From Naegleria gruberi (Eukaryota), in the NCBI GenBank assembly GCA_000004985.1, contig GG738884.1: a DNA stretch of 64,000 bases; one strand, given 5' to 3'. The notes beneath the pieces were generated by a model, which was not told the origin of the DNA, did no database searches, and saw nothing but the letters and a program-made list of their open reading frames with translations. Each line of letters begins with the position of its first letter. The first letter of the stretch is position 1. This document shows positions 11,199 through 21,033 of this stretch, in pieces. Made by a program: the position numbers and the translations under genes.

Positions 11199-12059
11199 AT
11201 GTGTCTTCACACCCAGAAAAAAATGTCAAGTCCTTCAACCTCAGTTTCGAATAATTTGGTTTCGTCTGGTTCATTTCACTTTCACAATTTTGATCCAAAA
11301 GCAAATGAAGAGAAGAAACGATTGAATAGAGAAATGATTGCAAAGAATACACATAATGGAATGGCATTTAAACCAAGCAAGTATATGGTTGATATTCAAC
11401 ATTCGAATAATAATCAAAGACAAGTTTCACCTGCATCTCCAGTTTCGTATAGAACAAGCCGATCAAATTCTTCTTCGAACAAGTCTGCTGCTAAAACGAT
11501 TAGCAATTCTCATTCATCGATTTCCAAACAACACAAGCTACTTTCGAATAATCACCAATACTCTAAGAGTAGAATCTGTGAGAAACAACTGACCATTAAT
11601 GCTTCTGAATGGAACTCCATCAAGCAATCTATTGAATCAAGAAGCAGAAATGTTTCTAATTGTTCAAATTCAAGCACTCTAAGCAAATCTAGTTGTTACA
11701 TTGACAAAAACTCTGTAAATGGTGATTATTCGAAAGGTTTCGTAAATTGCCCGTCCAACCGTAACTATTCAAGCAACTACCAAGTCTATTCTCCTCTGGC
11801 TCACTACTCTGAATACTCTCAAAATATATCACTAAGCAACACATCAAATCTGCCAAGTCAATTATCAATCAGCAAAACTATTCCACTAACCAGTTCAATA
11901 TCACCAAATAATGTCCCGTTCACCCGCTCCATGGCCACTCATTGTGAAAGATTACCCTCCATTCAACATTTACTTGAAACTATTCCAATAACAAAATTCG
12001 AAAGACGAAACAATAGTCAATTAAACACAGTTTCAATAATTGAATTGTTGAAACAATAA
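11199..12059 (+). CDS. Ser/Asn-rich hypothetical protein, tandem paralog A
   Basis: The ORF-track start at 11154 is TTG; the first in-frame ATG is at ~11199. Shares the motif F..DP...EEKKR..RE.....N..G..F.PSKY with the next gene. Confidence 0.4.
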   Translation: MCLHTQKKMSSPSTSVSNNLVSSGSFHFHNFDPKANEEKKRLNREMIAKNTHNGMAFKPSKYMVDIQHSNNNQRQVSPASPVSYRTSRSNSSSNKSAAKTISNSHSSISKQHKLLSNNHQYSKSRICEKQLTINASEWNSIKQSIESRSRNVSNCSNSSTLSKSSCYIDKNSVNGDYSKGFVNCPSNRNYSSNYQVYSPLAHYSEYSQNISLSNTSNLPSQLSISKTIPLTSSISPNNVPFTRSMATHCERLPSIQHLLETIPITKFERRNNSQLNTVSIIELLKQ

Positions 12060-12279
12060 ATGTCATGAATTAAATTGCCTTCAAAAGATGTTAACTCTGC
12101 ATAACATTAAAATTTGGAAAACCAAGATTTCCCTTCCTGCCAAGTTGTCATTCCCAAAATGGACAATTAAAAAAGTTGAAAGGCCAGTTACAGAGATAAA
12201 TGCCGACGCATCTTTTATCGAATTGGTAACATCATACTAACATGAAGTGGTTTGTTTTGCATCAAAAAAAACAAAAGAA

Positions 12280-12972
12280 ATGCAACAAGACAGTCCTCGT
12301 CAAGTTTTGAATGCAAATTGTAATTATTCAAGCTCAACTGTTGTGAGTAGAAGGAAGGGAAGGGGAACGTCTGGAAAATGTAGTGGAATGATGGAGAGTC
12401 ATCATTTGGTTTCGAATAATAATCCATGGTTGAGGTTTCATTCTTATGATCCAGTTGAACATGAAGAAAAGAAGAGAAAGTTGAGAGAATACTCAAAACG
12501 AAACGCATACAAGGGTTTACACTTTAGACCAAGCAAGTATAATCAAGAGGTAGTTAAATTTTCAGTACAAGCTCCTAACATGTTGAGTGAGCAGAATCTA
12601 ACAGAAAGGTCTGTATTAAAAGTTGATGAGAAGGCATGTAGTGCACATCAAGTGATCACCAACTCAAAGATACCACTCACTCATTTTCAAGTTTCTTCCA
12701 TTATTCAGTTGGAATCGAATAGCTTAATTTCAACAACAAACAACATCCAAGCACCAACCGCCTCCAAATCAACATGCATTCAATTCACCCATCAAAACTC
12801 TAGAAACGTTCTTCCCTCCATAAATGAAATACTATCTCTCTCCAAAATTCAAAAAGCACCACACAAAATGATTCACAACTCATCTCTCCAAATCATCCAA
12901 CAAAACTCAATCAATTCTGACAATTTTCAATTGGAAAATCTAACTCTTGCACCAATCAACATGTACTTCTAA
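12280..12972 (+). CDS. Ser/Asn-rich hypothetical protein, tandem paralog B
   Basis: The ORF-track start at 12247 is GTG; the first in-frame ATG is at ~12280. RFHSYDPVEHEEKKRKLREYSKRNAYKGLHFRPSKYNQE parallels FHFHNFDPKANEEKKRLNREMIAKNTHNGMAFKPSKYMVD of the upstream gene. Confidence 0.4.
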   Translation: MQQDSPRQVLNANCNYSSSTVVSRRKGRGTSGKCSGMMESHHLVSNNNPWLRFHSYDPVEHEEKKRKLREYSKRNAYKGLHFRPSKYNQEVVKFSVQAPNMLSEQNLTERSVLKVDEKACSAHQVITNSKIPLTHFQVSSIIQLESNSLISTTNNIQAPTASKSTCIQFTHQNSRNVLPSINEILSLSKIQKAPHKMIHNSSLQIIQQNSINSDNFQLENLTLAPINMYF

Positions 12973-13116
12973 CTCTCCCCAACCATTCCCACACGATCAT
13001 TCTCAACCAATTCTCTCATTCAATTTTACAATAAACCACTCAAGAAAATCTTCGAACGATGTTCTTGTTCAACAAAAAAGCTCAAAATCAAAAAAAACTC
13101 TTAAAAATAAAAAAAA

Positions 13117-15048
13117 ATGGGAAAGAGAGAATTATACAGAAATAAACAAGCTTTGGCTAATGCTGCTCCTCTGGCTCAAGCACACTCCCAACCGCTTGGT
13201 ATTACCATCGGAGCACGTACATCTAATGTAAAGATGCCTAAGGAGGCCATTCCAGCCATCTATTATGAAAAGATTTTAAAATACATGAAAACAAAGGAAA
13301 TGTTGAATGATATTGCAGGAGCTTGCACTAAATATTTGTACAAACCATCGGATTGGAAGTATTATTACTTTGAACATCGTTGGAAGGAATATTCTAACGT
13401 GAGAAGAGCCTTGCGTAAATTAATTCAAATGGGAACACTTCAAGTCTTGTTGAGAGGAAAGTATTATAAGGAAGAGACTTCTGATCCAGAAGCTATTACA
13501 AGTGGTGGTGCCTCTTCTTCTACTGATAATAATCAATCAGCTGATGCTAGTAATGTTGCTTCCGAAGAAGTTTTACAAGTAAAAGAAGAAGAATTTGAAA
13601 CTTTTGTAATTGGAGGAAGAACATTAACTAGAAAAAAGTATGTAAAGGCTTCTTCTGTGCCATCGAATAAGAAGGCCACCACTCCAGTTGATCAAGAGGA
13701 AATTCAAATTGAAGAAGAAGAAACAATTAATCAACAAGCAATGAATAAGAAGAATAAGAAGAAGAATAAGAAAAACAAAAAGAAGGATCCTTTTGAATTG
13801 GATGAGGAAAATGATGATCAAGATGATGGAACTTTTGATGGATTTGAAATTACCAGAGATGAGGATCGTCCACAATTATATGAATTGAATGAATGGAAAG
13901 ATGATCCAAAGAAGAATAAGAAACAAAATAAGAAACAAAACAAAAAGCAAAGTTCTAGTTTGGAAATTGAAGAAGATACTTTTGTAAAGGAAGAAGAAGG
14001 TGGTGATAAGGGAATTCCTTCTAAAGCTGTACATATTGATTTTAATAATATCAAAAAGATTGTAAAGGCAACTGAAAAGATTGATTGTGCTGAAAATGAA
14101 GCAGTTCAGAATATTACTCTCAACTTGACAAGAAAATCAAAGGAAGAATCATCCAGCTCTCAGAAAACTGTGATTCAGGTTGTTAAAGGTGACATGTTGG
14201 AAACTGCAATTAGTTTGAGAAGGATTTGTAAACTTAATCCACTCGTTTTGGTCTCTGGTAGCCAAACTGTTCCAGGAGGATCTTTTGCTAAGGGAGGAAA
14301 TACTCAAGAGGAAGATTTCTGTAGAAGATCATCATTGTCTTTAGCAATTGCTGATCCATACAGATTTGATGAAACTAGAGAGTGGACTTACCCATTACCT
14401 GAATTTGGAGGAATTTATACACCAAATGTTGTAGTGTTAAGAGGTCCAAAGAGCGATGGATATGCCTTCTTGGATAGAACATGGGCTTGCTCAATGTTTA
14501 TCACCTATCCTTATGTGAATCCACCAACAGAGAAGAGAAAGGTAGCCGATCCAAATACTGTCATTCCAAATGAAGAGGACGATGACGAAGAAGTAACAAC
14601 TGAGAATTTCCTCTCTACCAAATTGTCCAACTCAATGAAGAAGAAGATTGCTGCCTACTTTGATGTTGCATTAAAGAAGGGTCATGATTCTCTTGTTATT
14701 GGTGCTCTTGGTTGTGAAAATACTCACTCCAATCCTGCCTATCATATTGCTCAACTTTTCAAGGAAGTATTGGCAAGTGAAATTTTCAAGGACAAGTTCA
14801 AGGTTGTCATTTTCTCTATTTTGGTTGATAAGGAAACTGATAGCAAGTTGGCCAATGAAGGTGGTGCTGACGATGTGGAAGAAGTTGAGGATAATGATGA
14901 CGTCGAAGATCAACAAGATATCTCAACCAATCTGCTCGATACTTCAATTGAAAGAAAGAATAATCTTTCAGTATTTTCCAAATTATTCCACGGAAAGGAA
15001 GAAGCTCCAACAGCTGAAGAATTCATTCCAACCATTGAATGTAAATAA
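13117..15048 (+). CDS. macro-domain protein of the microbial-type PARG / DUF2263 (TIGR02452-like) family with a K/E/D-rich repetitive N-terminal region, 643 aa
   Basis: Signature VPGGSFAKGGNTQEEDFCRRSSL matches the GG...G..QEE....S.L catalytic motif of bacterial-type poly(ADP-ribose) glycohydrolase macro domains. The N-terminal half contains KKNKKKNKKNKKK and KKNKKQNKKQNKKQ repeats. ATG verified. Confidence 0.6.
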   Translation: MGKRELYRNKQALANAAPLAQAHSQPLGITIGARTSNVKMPKEAIPAIYYEKILKYMKTKEMLNDIAGACTKYLYKPSDWKYYYFEHRWKEYSNVRRALRKLIQMGTLQVLLRGKYYKEETSDPEAITSGGASSSTDNNQSADASNVASEEVLQVKEEEFETFVIGGRTLTRKKYVKASSVPSNKKATTPVDQEEIQIEEEETINQQAMNKKNKKKNKKNKKKDPFELDEENDDQDDGTFDGFEITRDEDRPQLYELNEWKDDPKKNKKQNKKQNKKQSSSLEIEEDTFVKEEEGGDKGIPSKAVHIDFNNIKKIVKATEKIDCAENEAVQNITLNLTRKSKEESSSSQKTVIQVVKGDMLETAISLRRICKLNPLVLVSGSQTVPGGSFAKGGNTQEEDFCRRSSLSLAIADPYRFDETREWTYPLPEFGGIYTPNVVVLRGPKSDGYAFLDRTWACSMFITYPYVNPPTEKRKVADPNTVIPNEEDDDEEVTTENFLSTKLSNSMKKKIAAYFDVALKKGHDSLVIGALGCENTHSNPAYHIAQLFKEVLASEIFKDKFKVVIFSILVDKETDSKLANEGGADDVEEVEDNDDVEDQQDISTNLLDTSIERKNNLSVFSKLFHGKEEAPTAEEFIPTIECK

Positions 15049-15166
15049 ACATATCTGTGAATAAATCGTTGAACATTTTCAATAGAATTTTTTTGCTAGA
15101 TCAGAAATTAATTGATCATCAAATATTATTCTAAATTAACTTTACAATTTTTAATTTACATAAATA

Positions 15167-16039
15167 TTAATTACTCTTGTCTGATTCTTCGCTCTTCTTG
15201 GCATTCTTGATGAGCCATTGTAAAGTCTTGTCAATATTTACAGAATTTTTAGCACTAATTGAGTAGCAAGATACTTCTCGTCCAGTAATAAGTTTGAGAT
15301 CCAATTTGTCAATTAATTCTTGTACACCTCTAGCATTTGGTAAATCATTCTTATTTCCAAGTACCAGTAAAGGAATAGTCGAAAGAGAGGCTTTTCCAAC
15401 CAATTCATGAAGCTCCTTTTTGGCTACTTCCAATGTTTGTTCATCACTTGCAGAGTCCACAACATATACAATAGCTCCAACTCCTCTACAATATCTCTGT
15501 GTTTTTTGAAATGTAATATTATAACAATCATAATATTAGATAGAATGTGATGACAACAAGTATGAAATTAAAATTAAATATATTACGTTCATATCAAATA
15601 CATACCTCCCACATGTTTCTGAATTTGGATTGACCTATTATTGTCAATTTAAATCATCGTTAGTATCATGATAATCCAAAGTTATTAGAAAAATATTAAA
15701 TGATTAGAATAACAATTTGTCATCACAGTTGAACAACATATGATGGACCATCATCATAGTTAATAGTGATGATTATAATAATAAATAATTGAATAGTTTT
15801 CAAAAGAATGACATACCTCCGATATCCCACAACTTGATTTCTACACCTCCTTTACTCACTTTTCGCATATTAAAGCCAATAGTTGGTATAGTATCCTCAT
15901 TCATCTGACCAAATGAAATTGTATTTACAAGTGTCGTTTTACCAGCATTTTGCAATCCGACCAATGTAAGTTCCAACTCTTGCTTCCAGAAGAGTGATTT
16001 AATCCAATCCATCAATGATTTCAAAGCTGCTGCTAACAT
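15167..16039 (-). CDS. ARL8: ARF-like GTPase ARL8, three exons: 15817..16039, 15606..15634 and 15167..15496 (approximate), ~193 aa
   Basis: Exon 1 [80 protein letters not shown] donor. 29-nt micro-exon encoding (G)[15 protein letters not shown] donor. Exon 3 [20 protein letters not shown]...NKNDLPNA...[17 protein letters not shown]. Splicing restores the conserved GQ.RFR..WE.Y switch-II region of Arf-family GTPases. Confidence 0.8.
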
Positions 16040-16439
16040 TTTCCTCTATTATTACTATTATTTTGTACAAATTTTGCTTTCTCTATGATGTGCTATCTCA
16101 ACGACTACGATAATGATGACTATTAATGACGATGAAATAATATTATCGTTGTTGCTCGGTGATGACAAGATTTTTTTAATAAATTTTTTTTAAAGTTGTT
16201 GTTTGCTTTGCAACGTTTATTTGCTAAATTAAAAATTGATGACGAAAATAAACTCGACAACTCCAATTGGAAGAGGTTTTGAAAAAGATTCTCCGGTAAG
16301 AGAGACTTAGTGAAACATTGAAGATTGTTAAATAGTATTAATAGAGGAATGTACATTGAATATTTGTTGAATTTGATGAAATAATAATGATATCTGCTGT
16401 CAGCCATCAAACAACTTCAGTGAAAGGAAAAACAAAAAA

Positions 16440-18494
16440 ATGGGACAAAACCATTCAGGTGGATCAAATTCTGTGGGTGGAATGGGAGGAACACTAGTTG
16501 GAGATCAATACAAACCACCAGATCGTACCACAAACAATCTAGCTTCCTCCTTTCATACCAAAGAATCCATCAAAATTCAACAGCAGCAACAACAACAACC
16601 CGATTCAAATACAAACAACAATAATACATCGTCAGGTAATCTTGTTCTGATAGCAGCATCCAACACTTCCGATGCCTTGCTCATGTCCATCGCAGAGTTA
16701 GTCATTGTTCTCCAACAATTGGGTGAGATTCATCTCGTTGTCTTGCTGGAGGAAATTTCTCGTCACTACTACGAGATTCAAATTGGAGGCAATTTTTCTT
16801 CTCTGGAAGCAATTGCTGCTGCTAACAATAACACACAAGGAAATGGCGCCACTTCTCCAACACAAAATTTACAGGGTGGTGGCCCTCTCGCCAGTACATC
16901 ATTTAAAAATGGCGCCACTGGAAATTATGGCAACTCGAATGTAGATAATGGTCTGAAGAAGTACATTAATTGTGCCAAGTATACTCCCACTTGGTTGGAA
17001 GATGAGGGTGTATTTGGAGGTGGTGGTGGTATCGGAAGTGGATCGATTGGTAGAGGGAGTAGAATTAGTATTGGAGCAACATCAGGAAATAATGGCATGG
17101 ATGAAGATGATATGGAGGAGGATTATGGTGTAAATTATAATACGGATTCTGCTTTTCAGGTCTGGTTGATTGCATTGAAGGATAGACAATTACCGAGATT
17201 TAAGAGAAAATTGGAAAAGTTATTTGTGGATAATAGTGGAGGAGCAAGGAAGGTTGCCTTCTCTTTCAATGTACAAATGTCAACCTCATCGACAAATAGT
17301 TTGAGAAGAGCTTCTTCATTCCTACACGCACAAACTAATCCAAAAACTAATTATGTCATTGATATGGATAGTAAGCAGAAATATTTTGAGGTGAGGTCAG
17401 AGATGGAAATTATTCTCACTCATACTCTTGAGGAAATTAAAGATTTGAAAGAATGTTTGGATGCAAAGAGAAAAATCGAAGGAGGAACATCAAGTACCAG
17501 TGGAGCTGATGTTGCCGATGTTTCGGTTCTCCTTCAAGATTTTGATTTTGAATGTAGTTGGTGGGAGAAGAAGATTGGCTCCTCCAATTTCAGTGTCAAG
17601 AAGAAGGCATTTATTGATGCCATTGAAGAAACTTTTGCTCACTTGAAAGTCAAGTTTGAAATTGAGGTTTTGGAAGAGATTTCAGATCCAACTTGTGATG
17701 GAGTTGTAAGTGTGACAGATTTGAAAACTCTCACTAGATGGTTGGGCAGTATTTACAAGTGGAATACTGACGAATTGAAATTGAGAAATATTGCTGGAAA
17801 AGAAGATGCTGCACCAGTTATTTTCCTTCCTCATTTTTGGGGTTCAGTGACATGTTACGATGCACAAGATATTTTACAAAAGGAAGAACCTGGAACGTAC
17901 ATTATTCGTTTCAATGAGAACGAGCCTGGGCATTACTACATTTCATGTGTTCAGGAAAATGTTGTGGAAAATGAGGAGACTAGCTCAAATACTGGATTTT
18001 TTGCCACTCGTCAAGTGTATCACTTTGTATTGAAGAGAGGAAAAACTGAGAAGGGAGAACCTTACTATTACTTGTCCGATGCTGATAAGAGTCACAAATT
18101 CAAGACCATTACTGAGCTACTTGATAAGAATTACTTTTTGACATTCAAATATCCATATGTCAATGACGATCTCAAGTCTGCATTTGTTTCAAAGAAGAGA
18201 GATGTCGATGTCTTTGGTGCATTGAAGAGTTTATCAGGAGAGGGTGATGATTTGAATCCTTATCCATTTGTTGTATATAAGGGAAAGTTCAATGTTAATG
18301 AAAAGAAGAAGGAATCAGACATGAAAAAGATTGCCAATTTAGCTAAAAAGACTACTGAGCCGTCATTGGGCAATCCAGTCAATAATAATTCATCCTCAAG
18401 CATTAAAGATCAAGAACCAGGTATGGTACGAGTGGATTCCCTCAATTTACCACTGAGTAATAGCAAGGAAGAAACTTTAGATTTATCTGAATAA
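16440..18494 (+). CDS. SH2-domain-containing protein with a Q/N-rich N-terminus (possibly STAT-like), 684 aa
   Basis: FWGSVTCYDAQDILQKEEPGTYIIRFNENEPGHYYISCVQ fits the SH2 fold (W.G.i.r..a...L.....G.fl.R.S......y.is). N-terminus has poly-Q and N runs. ATG verified. Confidence 0.7.
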   Translation: MGQNHSGGSNSVGGMGGTLVGDQYKPPDRTTNNLASSFHTKESIKIQQQQQQQPDSNTNNNNTSSGNLVLIAASNTSDALLMSIAELVIVLQQLGEIHLVVLLEEISRHYYEIQIGGNFSSLEAIAAANNNTQGNGATSPTQNLQGGGPLASTSFKNGATGNYGNSNVDNGLKKYINCAKYTPTWLEDEGVFGGGGGIGSGSIGRGSRISIGATSGNNGMDEDDMEEDYGVNYNTDSAFQVWLIALKDRQLPRFKRKLEKLFVDNSGGARKVAFSFNVQMSTSSTNSLRRASSFLHAQTNPKTNYVIDMDSKQKYFEVRSEMEIILTHTLEEIKDLKECLDAKRKIEGGTSSTSGADVADVSVLLQDFDFECSWWEKKIGSSNFSVKKKAFIDAIEETFAHLKVKFEIEVLEEISDPTCDGVVSVTDLKTLTRWLGSIYKWNTDELKLRNIAGKEDAAPVIFLPHFWGSVTCYDAQDILQKEEPGTYIIRFNENEPGHYYISCVQENVVENEETSSNTGFFATRQVYHFVLKRGKTEKGEPYYYLSDADKSHKFKTITELLDKNYFLTFKYPYVNDDLKSAFVSKKRDVDVFGALKSLSGEGDDLNPYPFVVYKGKFNVNEKKKESDMKKIANLAKKTTEPSLGNPVNNNSSSSIKDQEPGMVRVDSLNLPLSNSKEETLDLSE

Positions 18495-18674
18495 ATACTT
18501 CAGAAGATTCAATGTAAATAGATTAAGTATATTCAATTAAACAGAAAAGTTTGAAACTGGTATGACTCTTGCATTCTTACATAAGAATGTATACCCTGTT
18601 TTGGAGTGTCAAGACAATATGATATTCATTGTTAGCTATGGTTACTGGCAATAAAAATATGTGAAGCCAAAAGC

Positions 18675-18761
18675 TCCGATGAGACGGAATCGAACCGCCG
18701 ACCACAGGATTACAGTTTTTCTTGCTACAGTCCCATGCTCTACCAGCTGAGCTATCATCGG
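18675..18761 (-). tRNA. tRNA-Tyr (anticodon GTA) with a ~13-14 nt intron
   Basis: Reverse complement reads CCGATGATAGCTCAGCTGGTAGAGCATGGGACTGTAG[caagaaaaactgt]AATCCTGTGGTCGGCGGTTCGATTCCGTCTCATCGGA. Exon sequence closely resembles eukaryotic tRNA-Tyr with the intron immediately 3' of the anticodon loop; acceptor stem pairs. Confidence 0.8.
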
Positions 18762-18875
18762 TTACATATGTAAAGAAAAGTTTTATGTTCATCATGTACT
18801 GAGTTCCAAGTCCAATTAAGGGACTTGGGTGAAAACATTGCTCACAATCGTGTAGTTCAGAGTATAAATGTGAAA

Positions 18876-18946
18876 TCGGGTGTGGTATAGTGGTAGCATT
18901 CCAGACTGTCACTCTGGCGACCCGGGTTCAATTCCCGGCACTCGAG
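18876..18946 (+). tRNA. tRNA-Asp (anticodon GTC)
   Basis: TCGGGTGTGGTATAGTGGTAGCATTCCAGACTGTCACTCTGGCGACCCGGGTTCAATTCCCGGCACTCGAG. Cloverleaf with 7-bp acceptor stem (one G-U), anticodon loop CTGTCAC, T-loop TTCAATT. Confidence 0.8.
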
Positions 18947-19225
18947 TAATAATTTTATGTTTATTCAATTCTTCGATATTTTTGCTTTTCAATATTTTGT
19001 GATCTGATAGTCCACATCCTTATCTTGATTATTCATTTTTTATTTTTTAATAATTATTCTTATTTCCTTTTTTAGAAGCCTCGTCCTGACCACTATTTTT
19101 TTCAAATGAGTTAACAAGCTCTCTAAACTCAAAATCATCATGTTCTATAGAGGAAACGTATCTCTCCCATCCAATGTATGGTAAAATTTGAATAATAATA
19201 ACAATTCTGAACTTTTCAAAAAAAA

Positions 19226-20315
19226 ATGAAATTTCTTGAACTTCCTCCTGAAATCGCTTGCATTATTCGTTGCTTTCTCATACGGGAAAATAATTCATCA
19301 TCAATATCGGAATGTAAATTCAAATTTTCACATATTTCTACCAATCAACACGAGGAAATTATTTCATTCTATATGAAATTGGAAACTGAATGGTTTAAAT
19401 TAAAAAATGATCATATTTGGGTCGATTTATTGGAATATGAAGCTAAAAATTGTAATTTATCTGATTTGCAATTGAGCAAGTGGAAGAAACAATTTAAAAA
19501 GAATATCAATTTTAGAAGGAAAGTATTATTAGTGAGATGGGCAAGAGCTCAATATATTACAAATATTTTGGAAAAAGACCTGCCAATGAATGGTGTGAAA
19601 GAGAGTTTGGTCTCCTTATTGGGAATAAGTATGTATTATAATGTCGTTTCATATAATTTCTAAATTTCAATTCGATTGTGTGTGAAATTCTAATATATAG
19701 GTGGAGTTGGTAAAACATCAATTTGTAATTACTTTGCAATGGGCCATTTCTATGAAGATTATTCGTGTGGAATTGAGGACACTACACGAAAAATGATAAA
19801 TCCAAGCTTTGGTGGAGGTTGGTGATTCGTATGGAGATTACGAATTCTCAGCCATGCTGGAACACACTCTGAAAAGGTATCATTCATCAATTTATGTATT
19901 TTCCACATCTCATTCCCTAGATGAACAAGTTGTGACTTCTACACGAAAGTTGTTTAATTCATTGCTGAGAGCGAGAGATAGGGAGTGGAATGATTTCCCA
20001 GTTCTGTTTGCAATTAACAAAGTTGATATTCCAGATCAGAAAAGAAGGAGCTCCATTGAAAATATTCAATCATTCATTGGAACAATTATTGAGGAATTTG
20101 ATTTGAGAAATACAGCAATATTCGAAACAAGTGCAAGAGAAGGAATTAATATCAATGAAATATTCGAACATGTTGTGCTGAAAATGGAATATTATGAACA
20201 GTTTCCATTCCTCCCTGCCTTGGAAGATGTACTTGTTAACGATATTGAAGCCCTCAAAAACTTGGAATTATGGAATATAACAAGAAGAAAACAAAGAAAG
20301 TGTCTTGTTTGTTGA
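19226..20315 (+). CDS. F-box-like N-terminal region fused to a Ras-like small GTPase. One intron at ~19629..19700; the frame is broken at ~19800-19825 (apparent 1-nt indel, pseudogene or draft error).
   Basis: Exon 1 begins MKFLELPPEIACIIRCFL (F-box-like) and ends ...MNGVKESLVSLLGI before a GTATGT donor. After the AG at 19699-19700 the frame continues S-GVGKTSICNYFAMGHFYEDYSCGIEDTTRK (P-loop plus switch I). The frame then hits TGA at ~19823, while the overlapping +1 frame continues ALVEVGDSYGDYEFSAM...FAINKVDI...ETSAREGININEIFE (DxxG, NKxD, ETSA motifs). Confidence 0.5.
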
Positions 20316-20754
20316 AAAGTGGTAGGAGGATAAGCATTAGTTGGAGTCATGATGCTTTGTAATGACTATCATCCAATTTCACCATTTCGAAATCAAGTAA
20401 ATAATAATATTAATTTGCACAACAATAATTTTTATTAATTGTTGTGGTGCAAAACAGGAGAGAAGTGATGCAACAAAACTATAAACACCACAACCCTTTT
20501 TCGTTCAACCTAAGTGACTTCATGTTCGGAAGCGACAAACTTGCTATTTACAAAATAATAACAATAACAAGCTTGGCACTTTCAAAGTATTCCAAAATCT
20601 TTTCGCATAGAATCTTTGAGACATGAGGTAGGAGTGCTGTTCTAAAATTTAGAAACGAGCACATCCTGGCGGAAATCACCTCAGTCGAAGATGGAGAGAA
20701 GAACCAACACAATTACACCACACTCTCCTCTTTGCTTTTTAGAGATGAGGGCGT

Positions 20755-21033
20755 TTAGACCTTGGTTGGTGCTCTCTTCAATGCCTTCTTTTCAGCAATC
20801 AAAGCAGCATGCTCCTTCTTTTGAGCAACAACTTGTTGTTGTTTATCAATGCTGTTCAACTTCATCTTCATTGGATCTTGACCAGTCTTCAAGGATTCAT
20901 ATCTACAATTGCAGAGGTATCTCTTCTTGGCTCTACCAGTCTTTTCCTTTTCAGTGTTCTTTTGTGGGTCGACCTTTGGAGTTTGGTTCTTAACTTTACC
21001 AGCACGTGCGAGGGATCCGTGAACTTTTGCCAT
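20755..21033 (-). CDS. RPS30: 40S ribosomal protein eS30 with a ~30-aa C-terminal extension, 92 aa
   Basis: [45 protein letters not shown] matches the eS30 core ([17 protein letters not shown]......GRAKkR..YnrR). The reading frame continues through ...[31 protein letters not shown] to the stop, with no GT donor at the expected end. Confidence 0.8.
   Translation of the reverse strand: MAKVHGSLARAGKVKNQTPKVDPQKNTEKEKTGRAKKRYLCNCRYESLKTGQDPMKMKLNSIDKQQQVVAQKKEHAALIAEKKALKRAPTKV

Noticed and set aside
16123-16410. 95-aa minus-strand ORF between ARL8 and the SH2 gene
   Set aside because: It falls in the ~400-bp divergent promoter region with AT-rich low-complexity translation, so it is probably not a gene.
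18577-18912. 111-aa minus-strand ORF
   Set aside because: It overlaps both the tRNA-Tyr and tRNA-Asp genes and lies in an intergenic region, so it is spurious.
19800-19825. Alternative explanation of the GTPase frame break as a tiny intron
   Set aside because: The overlap between the two frames is under 25 nt, which is too short for a spliceosomal intron, and no GT...AG pair fits. A 1-nt indel or pseudogenisation is more parsimonious.
20691-20993. 100-aa plus-strand ORF (and 20809..21084)
   Set aside because: Antisense to the well-supported eS30 gene, with no homology.
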